32,000 nt of DNA from Bifidobacterium longum subsp. longum JCM 1217 (GTDB lineage Bacteria > Actinomycetota > Actinomycetes > Actinomycetales > Bifidobacteriaceae), in contig NC_015067.1 of assembly GCF_000196555.1 (NCBI RefSeq), positions 1,200,001 to 1,232,000 of the forward strand, in the 5' to 3' direction. The notes under the pieces were generated by a model. The model was given only the letters and a program-made list of their open reading frames with translations. It was not told the origin of the DNA and made no database searches. A program made the translations under genes and the position numbers. Below are positions 16,137 through 22,619 of this stretch, one piece after another; positions within the stretch are counted from its first letter, which is position 1, and each line of letters starts with the position of its first letter.

Positions 16137-17344
16137 TTGGATGCCTCCTTGCGGCGGATGAGGATTCGCCTGTATGTCTCCTGGCCGTGTATGCGCCCGT
16201 TCATCAGACCGGGCGCACGGCGGGTCATGTTCGGATAGTCGCGGTCTATCGGCTCGGTCTGCGGCGTATGGTGATGCGGGCGTACTTCGATTTGCCGTTG
16301 ACCATCGTGTCCTTCGGATTGTTGAACAGCCCGGCTATCGCCGTCGCCGGACGAGTATGCGAAAGTACGGTTGTACTCTCTCTCTCTTTCTCGGGTGAAG
16401 ACCAGGTCGCGTCCGTCATCGCCCTTGCGGAACGCGACGATGTCGAATTGGTCCGGGTTGTACTTGTCCATGAACGTGATGGGCACGCCCATCACGCCGT
16501 AGTAATCCTCGGGGATGTCGGCCACCTTCGACACCTCGATGGCGTCGTGGTTGTCGTACTTCGGGTAGTCGGTCTCATGGCCCTTGTACCGGCGATAGAG
16601 CAGCAGGTCCTCGTGGCGCTTTTTGATGTCCAGGTTGGTGTACCAACGGCACAGGCCGTTGACTTGTTTGGTGGTCCCCTCGCCGGGGATGGTGAAGTCG
16701 GACGGCGAGGTGAAGCCCAACCAGACCTTGTCATCGCGTAGGAGCGGAAAGATCTCCTTGTAGGTAATGGCGTTCTTGTTGCCCAGTACCACGAATTTCT
16801 TGCCATGTTCCACGAGCGTCGCCACATACTCGCGGAACAGGCTGAACGGCGGATTGGTCACGACGATGTCGGCCTCGTCGAGCAGTTCGAGGCATTCACG
16901 GCTGCGGAAGTCCCCGGCTCCGTATTCGCCGTCCCCGTGGAGCTCGGCCACCTCGTTGCCCGGGGCGTTCAACAGCACTTTGACGTCCTCCATGTCGAAG
17001 CCGCCGTCACCGGTCGTATCCTCCACGTGGGTGACGATGGCCTTGTAGGCGTGACGCGACGGCGCGTCCGGTTCGTCGCCGAACAGCGACGGCTGGTACT
17101 CGGCCCCGGCGATAGGCGAGCCGCAGTAGCTCGTCGCCATCAGCTTCTTCAGTCCCAGATGGTTGAAGTTCAGGGCGAAGTACCTGAAGAAGTTCGACTC
17201 GTAGGGGTCGTCGCAGTTGCAAAGCACGGTCCTGCCTTTGAAATGCTCCGAGTAATGCCTTAGCTCGTTCTCGATGTCCGGCATTCGTGTGTAGAACTCG
17301 TCGTTCTTGGCCTTCTTGGCGGCTGATAGTTGGTTGTTGCCCAT
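16133..17344 (-). CDS. EcoRI-methylase-like N6-adenine DNA methyltransferase, copy 2 (3' region shows a reading-frame anomaly)
   Basis: Start chosen at MGNNQLSAAKKAKNDEFYT (ATG 17344), with the T of an ACGCATAGCG box 11 nt upstream. CNCDDP, VVTNPPFS, tail GLMNGRIHGQETYRRILIRRK. The 74 codons upstream in the track ORF look non-coding. Confidence 0.75.
   Translation of the reverse strand: MGNNQLSAAKKAKNDEFYTRMPDIENELRHYSEHFKGRTVLCNCDDPYESNFFRYFALNFNHLGLKKLMATSYCGSPIAGAEYQPSLFGDEPDAPSRHAYKAIVTHVEDTTGDGGFDMEDVKVLLNAPGNEVAELHGDGEYGAGDFRSRECLELLDEADIVVTNPPFSLFREYVATLVEHGKKFVVLGNKNAITYKEIFPLLRDDKVWLGFTSPSDFTIPGEGTTKQVNGLCRWYTNLDIKKRHEDLLLYRRYKGHETDYPKYDNHDAIEVSKVADIPEDYYGVMGVPITFMDKYNPDQFDIVAFRKGDDGRDLVFTREREREYNRTFAYSSGDGDSRAVQQSEGHDGQRQIEVRPHHHTPQTEPIDRDYPNMTRRAPGLMNGRIHGQETYRRILIRRKEASN
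16376..16387. repeat. (CT)6 / (AG)6 dinucleotide repeat inside MTase copy 2
   Basis: ctctctctctct on the + strand, which encodes RERERE on the minus strand. Confidence 0.9.
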
Positions 17345-17476
17345 ACCGGGCGCTATGCGTCGCGGCGAAAGGAAAGGTGCCGCCGAAGCCTTTGGCGGCA
17401 CGGCCCGTCCTGGGCGGATACGCCGACGGGCCGCCGCCAATAAGCCGGAAGTCCCGCACCGTTTGCCGAACATGAC

Positions 17477-17517
17477 AGGAGGCCGCCTCATGGGATAATC
17501 CCGTGGGGCGGCCTCCT
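17477..17517 (-). terminator. Long hairpin after the 17523 stop
   Basis: aggaggccgcc (17477-17487) pairs perfectly with ggcggcctcct (17507-17517), with partial pairing inside the loop. No clear U-tract. Confidence 0.4.
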
Positions 17518-17522
17518 TACGA

Positions 17523-18092
17523 CTATTCGACGCGTTCCACCTTATCGTCGAACAGATGGAACCCATGGCGTGCGGCGGCGACGCCCTGCGGTGTCCTGTC
17601 GGCCAAACGGCGTAGGTCGCTGTCGTCGTACGCTTTGATGGTCAGCGTGCAATGGTAGCCTCCCTCGCCCTTGGTCAGGTCCAGGTCGGGGTCGGCGAGA
17701 AGCCCCTCGCGGTCGGGCTTGCTTCCTTGGGGATAGCACAGTTTGAAACGGACGGTCCAATCGGCGGGCTCGCCGATCTCATACTCGTCCGACTTTGCGC
17801 CGGGAATCCTCGCGGTGATGTCCGCAGCCTGACGGTTCGCCCGTTCGATGCGGTCCGCCTTGCCCTGATGACGGTCGAGCCAAAGATTCACCGCATGGGA
17901 CACGTCCGCCCCTTCGGATCGGGTGCAGTCGCAGTCGACGTGGACGCGAAGCGCATCCTCATCCCCGTCATATCCGGCCGTGACGATCACAGCCTTGTGG
18001 CAGATGGGACATTCGCGCCCTGCATATAGGTCGCGGAACCGCTCGAACGATTCGACGCAACGATTCCACCTCCAGGCGCGCCCGTACAACAA
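17523..18092 (-). CDS. Hypothetical Cys-containing protein (CPICHK ... CDCDCT, possible zinc ribbon)
   Basis: 189-aa ORF with good third-position GC. Only TTG starts are available, so the start is uncertain. Confidence 0.5.
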   Translation of the reverse strand: MLYGRAWRWNRCVESFERFRDLYAGRECPICHKAVIVTAGYDGDEDALRVHVDCDCTRSEGADVSHAVNLWLDRHQGKADRIERANRQAADITARIPGAKSDEYEIGEPADWTVRFKLCYPQGSKPDREGLLADPDLDLTKGEGGYHCTLTIKAYDDSDLRRLADRTPQGVAAARHGFHLFDDKVERVE

Positions 18093-18190
18093 TTCCTCAT
18101 CGTATCCATGCAGGCCGGAACATGCGGTCCCGCCCCGTATAGCAGGCAGCAGCCGGAACAGGATCCGGTATTCGTGGAACGGAGACGACC

Positions 18191-19513
18191 ATGACGGCAG
18201 ACAGGAACAACAGGAGCCACAGGCCGAAGGGCCTGCCCCAGGGGGTGGCGGGCACGTTCGACACGACGGCCGTGACGGCGGGGATCGACGACGTCGTCCC
18301 GCCGTCGGCCGGCGGACGTCGGCTGGACGATGCGATGCTCACAGCCGAAACATACATCATCATGGATCCGGATGTAGCCGACTGCGCGGGATACGCCGCC
18401 AGACGATTGGGTGAGCTCATCGCCCGTCCGGCGAAACCGGGCGAAACCGATGACATGCCGTTGATCATTGAAAACCTGCGATACGATCCGCAGGCCCCGG
18501 GCGGCTCCCATGCCGACTATATCGCCGACCATATAGAGGCCGCCTATGACGGCATACCGGTCAAAGCGCCTGACCGTACGCAATTGGAACAGGAAACCCG
18601 ACAGCATATCCTCGAGACCGCGTTGGATCCGAACCGGGAGCTCCGCAAGCTCGGATTGGAGCCCGTACGGCCAGACGAACACACGAACGCATACGCGGGA
18701 CCGCAGCCGGAGGATTGGGTAAGCGACTACGACGAGGAGACCGCCGAACGCCGCCACGAAGCCGCATGGAAAGGCACCCGGACCAAACAGGCCCGATATG
18801 CCGCGGCGACGGAGAAACACCTGTCACCGTTGAACGATGACATGCGCGACCTGTACAAGACGAACGTCGACCGTGGACTGATCAACGGCAGCGCGTTCGA
18901 TGACAGGATGGCGTTCGCCGACACGCTGCACGAATTGCAGGAGGATGGCTGGAACCCGCAGGCGGGGCGCGAATACCGGAAATCCAAGGAGTTCAGGAAA
19001 CTGGAGAAACAACTGCTGGACGGGCGGAAACCGACCCGACGATACCGGCAGCTGCGCGACGCGTTGTGCGACGACGAACACGGGTACCGGGCGTTCATGG
19101 CCGCGGATCCTGACGTGTTCGACCCGGACGAGAGAATCGTGAAGCCGTTCGCCGGACTCGGCCCCGACGTCGGCCAGGCCGCCATGCTGCGCCTGGCCGC
19201 CAAACACCGGGGCGTCACCGGGGCGCTCGCCCTGGCACGCTGGGATCCGGGCATCGAATACGTGACGGCGGACGCGAAGACCCACACGTTCCGCATGGAG
19301 CATGACCGGCCGGGAATCGGGTATTACAGCGACGGCTCCACCTATCCGATCGGGCACACGGTCATCACGGCGAACGGGATCAAACCCGCGAGCGTGATGA
19401 GCTGGATACACAACGAGAAGCCGGGCACGCCGGAATGGGAGGCGCGGACCCGCACCCGGTTCGAGGAGTCGAACGGCGGCGAATGGAAGCCCGCCGAAAC
19501 CGACGTAATCTAA
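18191..19513 (+). CDS. Leader-family protein E: N-terminal module plus a unique 400-aa body
   Basis: GGAGA 6 nt upstream of the ATG. MTADRNNRSHRPKGLPQGVAGTFD...IDDVVPP. Confidence 0.75.
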   Translation: MTADRNNRSHRPKGLPQGVAGTFDTTAVTAGIDDVVPPSAGGRRLDDAMLTAETYIIMDPDVADCAGYAARRLGELIARPAKPGETDDMPLIIENLRYDPQAPGGSHADYIADHIEAAYDGIPVKAPDRTQLEQETRQHILETALDPNRELRKLGLEPVRPDEHTNAYAGPQPEDWVSDYDEETAERRHEAAWKGTRTKQARYAAATEKHLSPLNDDMRDLYKTNVDRGLINGSAFDDRMAFADTLHELQEDGWNPQAGREYRKSKEFRKLEKQLLDGRKPTRRYRQLRDALCDDEHGYRAFMAADPDVFDPDERIVKPFAGLGPDVGQAAMLRLAAKHRGVTGALALARWDPGIEYVTADAKTHTFRMEHDRPGIGYYSDGSTYPIGHTVITANGIKPASVMSWIHNEKPGTPEWEARTRTRFEESNGGEWKPAETDVI

Positions 19514-19561
19514 TGGGGACGCATGCGGAATGCCGTAGGATTGGAATCGAAGGAGGACGTG

Positions 19562-20098
19562 ATGGAAGAAGAATCCGTTCGGCTCGCTATCCGGCTCAAA
19601 GATGATTCGGTGTGGAAGATTTCCAATCTTTCCGGCACCGTCATACCCTACAAGGCAGCCGCCGGCATCGTCCACCACGGAAAGGGTCTTGCAGGCCGTC
19701 CCGTCGAGGAGACGGTGTTGTTGTACCGTCTGTCGAACGCATTGGAGACGACCATCGCCAATGCAGATCATCCACTTGATGAAGACCTGTTCGATTGCTT
19801 CAAGGAGCAGTTGGGGGCTTCGAAGGACATTCCCCTGCCGGATCACACCAATCCGACGGAGGAAAACGCCACGGACATGTTTATGGAGCTTTGGAATCAG
19901 GATAGGATCCTCGCCGCCGTGTGCGCGAACCATCTTCTCGTCGAAGGCGGCATCGGCCTGTTCGGAACCTACCCCGACCAGCTTCCGGCATTGGAATCCG
20001 CCATAGGGGATTCCAAGGAAGCCGCCATCTCCTATATTCACGACAATGCGGTAGAGCTTCTTCCCGGAGGCCTCACCCGGAACAGGATGCCACAATGA
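19562..20098 (+). CDS. Acidic hypothetical protein (178 aa), translationally coupled to the Fic/Doc-like gene
   Basis: AAGGAGG 5 nt upstream of ATG 19562. An alternative upstream ATG at 19523 lies inside a conserved box. About 28 Asp/Glu against about 14 Lys/Arg by hand count. Visibly lower GC than its neighbours. ATGA overlap with the next gene. Confidence 0.6.
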   Translation: MEEESVRLAIRLKDDSVWKISNLSGTVIPYKAAAGIVHHGKGLAGRPVEETVLLYRLSNALETTIANADHPLDEDLFDCFKEQLGASKDIPLPDHTNPTEENATDMFMELWNQDRILAAVCANHLLVEGGIGLFGTYPDQLPALESAIGDSKEAAISYIHDNAVELLPGGLTRNRMPQ

Positions 20099-20919
20099 CC
20101 ATGGATGCGAACAACCGGAGTCATCGTCCCGCCGGACTGCCACAAGGCGTGGCCGGCACGTTCGATACGACCGTATCCGGAGTGGATGATGCCGATGTCG
20201 CCCCTCCCATGGGGGCGGGAACCGTTTCCAATGCGGAGGCATGCGTCAATCTGGCGAAACGCCGCACCATCGACCTGCTGTGGAAGACCGCGAGCATCGA
20301 GGTCAGGGGTCTCACGTTCCCCGATACGCGCGACGTGTTCAAGGGCATCACGCCCGGGGATGCGAGGGCCAGGGATGTGATGGTGCTGAACAATCTGAAG
20401 CACGCCTGGCAGTTCCTTTTCGACAACACGGATTGGCCGGTCGACTGGCAGTATCTTTCCGAATACAACCGGCTTGTAGGTGACGGGCTGGAGCCCTCCC
20501 CCGGCAGGCTGAGGAACGACATGGTCACCATCGGAGGCACCAGATATGTTCCCCCTGTTCCCTCGTATGATGGGGTCAGGGATCAAATCGGAAAGGATCT
20601 CGGGCTTGACGATCCGGAGGATAGGGCGTTGAACCTGTTCGCATCCATCAGCCGGGGCCAATGGTTCAGCAACGGCAACAAGCGGACTTCGGCGATGGCC
20701 GCCAACCATTGCCTCATCCATGACGGGGTCGGCATATTCGCATTGCCTCCGGAACGGATGGATGACGAGTTCAGGGACAGGCTCATCGGCTTTTACGAAA
20801 GCGATGATCGCGGACCGTTCATCGACTGGCTGAAATACCATGCGGTCGGACGTCTGGTGGACAATGGGCTGACTTCGGCGCAGAAAAACGGGGATGATCC
20901 GATCCACGACGATATGTGA
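20095..20919 (+). CDS. Leader-family protein F: N-terminal module plus a Fic/Doc (Fido) domain with a non-canonical active-site motif
   Basis: MTMDANNRSHRPAGLPQGVAGTFD...DDADVAPP. Fic-fold landmarks are PGRLRNDMVTIGGTRYVPPVP and ISRGQWFSNGNKRTSAMAANHCL, against the canonical HPFx[DE]GN[GK]R and the Doc motif HxFx[DN][AG]NKR. Confidence 0.75.
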   Translation: MTMDANNRSHRPAGLPQGVAGTFDTTVSGVDDADVAPPMGAGTVSNAEACVNLAKRRTIDLLWKTASIEVRGLTFPDTRDVFKGITPGDARARDVMVLNNLKHAWQFLFDNTDWPVDWQYLSEYNRLVGDGLEPSPGRLRNDMVTIGGTRYVPPVPSYDGVRDQIGKDLGLDDPEDRALNLFASISRGQWFSNGNKRTSAMAANHCLIHDGVGIFALPPERMDDEFRDRLIGFYESDDRGPFIDWLKYHAVGRLVDNGLTSAQKNGDDPIHDDM

Positions 20920-20986
20920 TATTCGACAATGACGGGGACGCATGCGGGATGCCATAAAGGATTTCTCCGCATGCAAGGAGCCCGTC

Positions 20987-22408
20987 ATGGCCGAAAGAAT
21001 CACCACACTGTTACAGGATCGTCTCCCGGTGGATTCGGACCGTCGTCTGAAGGTGCCGGCCATCCGGCCGGAGGACGACATGGTCGCCGTCCGCCGCCGT
21101 CTGGGCCGCTACCTGTACGATTCATTGGAGAAGGACACGGACCGCAAGGCGGTGGCCAAGGCCACCGCGAACGCGATCTGGCCGGGCTGCACGCCCATCG
21201 ACCGCGACACGGACGCGGAGGTCGCGCGCGACCTGAGGCGCACGGAATCAAAGACCGGCAGCCCCGCGATCGCATTGCGGCATCCGGCGGGGCGGATTCT
21301 CATCATCGGGCTCGGCCCGCACAAACCCATGCTGGCGAGAATCGACTACAGGTACCGTCTCTCGAAGCGCACCGTGGACACGGTGAGCCTGCCGAGCCTG
21401 CTGGCCGCCCGCATGATCATGGAGCATATGGCGAACCCGGATCCGGAGGGGCCGATCCGCGACCTGCTGACCGACGACCGGCACACATGGCAGTATTTCC
21501 GTACGAACATGGATCGCCGGTTCGAAGGCGTGGACGGGCTCGTCGTCTCCTGCAACACCCGCGGCGTGAGCCTCCCCGACCCGCCCGAGGCGGGCGATGC
21601 GAAGGCGTTGCTGGCATGGACGGTCGGGGCGGGACTGATCGGATTGGACTGCGATGACGAACGCGCGAAAAGGCTGCTGGCGGAACGCCTCGAATGGGTG
21701 CGGTGGACGGCGGAGCTGCGGCTTGCGGCCGAGACCATCCTGCGCGTCGAATCGGATTGGCGCATGAACCGGGATCTCGCCCGCCGCACGGAGGCCGGAG
21801 TATCGGCGACCGTGTTCGAGGACAAGAAACACCGTGATCCGAAGCACGACAAGGCCGGGCAGGCCAGCCCGTTCGCCATGGACTTCGACCGGATCGAGGT
21901 CGAGGACGACGTGGACCTCGCCCTGTTCGCCCGACTGGGAGCCGAATGGGAGGCGTTGAAGCCCGCCGTCCCCATGTCCGGGACGCGCGCCGCATTGCGC
22001 TTCCGCTACACGGGACGCCACCGGGCGGACGGCGTCTACCACACCGGTTTGCGCGCGATCGCGATAGACCCGCGCCACCCCGAATCGTTCGGCCACGAGC
22101 TCATGCATCACCTCGACCACACGTGGGGCGGAACCGACCTGAGCCTCGACCCGCTGTTCCGCCCCCTGCTCGACCACTATCGTGAGACCGTGGACACGGC
22201 GCGCATGAAGGGCGCGAACCCGGACCGGTGGCTCGCCCCCGCGGAGGCGTTCGCAAGGGCGGGCGAGATTTGGCTGCACATGCGACTCGACGGCGCCGAA
22301 AACAGTCTGCTCTCCGACGGCGGGCATTACGAAACGGATTGGGCGTACGCCCCCTACCGGGGCCGGTGGAATGAGATCGGGACCGTGTTCGACCGGCTGT
22401 TCGCCTAG
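20987..22408 (+). CDS. HExxH zincin-like metallopeptidase-motif protein (473 aa)
   Basis: AAGGAG 6 nt upstream of ATG 20987, with an alternative ATG at 20942 inside a conserved box. The C-terminal third carries ESFGHELMHHLDH. Confidence 0.65.
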   Translation: MAERITTLLQDRLPVDSDRRLKVPAIRPEDDMVAVRRRLGRYLYDSLEKDTDRKAVAKATANAIWPGCTPIDRDTDAEVARDLRRTESKTGSPAIALRHPAGRILIIGLGPHKPMLARIDYRYRLSKRTVDTVSLPSLLAARMIMEHMANPDPEGPIRDLLTDDRHTWQYFRTNMDRRFEGVDGLVVSCNTRGVSLPDPPEAGDAKALLAWTVGAGLIGLDCDDERAKRLLAERLEWVRWTAELRLAAETILRVESDWRMNRDLARRTEAGVSATVFEDKKHRDPKHDKAGQASPFAMDFDRIEVEDDVDLALFARLGAEWEALKPAVPMSGTRAALRFRYTGRHRADGVYHTGLRAIAIDPRHPESFGHELMHHLDHTWGGTDLSLDPLFRPLLDHYRETVDTARMKGANPDRWLAPAEAFARAGEIWLHMRLDGAENSLLSDGGHYETDWAYAPYRGRWNEIGTVFDRLFA

Positions 22409-22474
22409 AACACGGCGTCGCGTATCCGCCATACGCCGCCCGTCGCATACGCGACATCCCGGGTGACGCACGTG

Positions 22475-22516
22475 ACGCCGGCCGGCACCGGACCGCAACG
22501 GTCGGCCGGCCGGCGT
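22475..22516 (+). terminator. GC-rich hairpin downstream of the HExxH gene
   Basis: acgccggccgg (22475-22485) pairs with ccggccggcgt (22506-22516) around a 20-nt loop. No U-tract. Confidence 0.25.
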
Positions 22517-22619
22517 TCCGCATGGCCCGGACCGTGACCGCGCAAAAAACGTCGGACGGCGCGCACTCCAGGATTTCACGCCCTCCCGTAAGCGTCCGGG
22601 CCCGGCATAGCCGGCACGC

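Noticed and set aside
16133-17566. Using the full 477-aa track ORF as the MTase copy 2 gene
   Set aside because: The first 74 codons (MGSICSTIRWNASNSRKEAAPRDYPMRRPP...) are not coding-like and cover a hairpin-rich intergenic region. The family N-terminus (KKAKNDEFYT) and the CGCATAG box point to ATG 17344.
18824-20242. 472-aa minus-strand ORF antisense to leader gene E and the acidic protein gene
   Set aside because: It has no start context or motifs. The plus-strand genes have SD sequences, coupling and the conserved leader.
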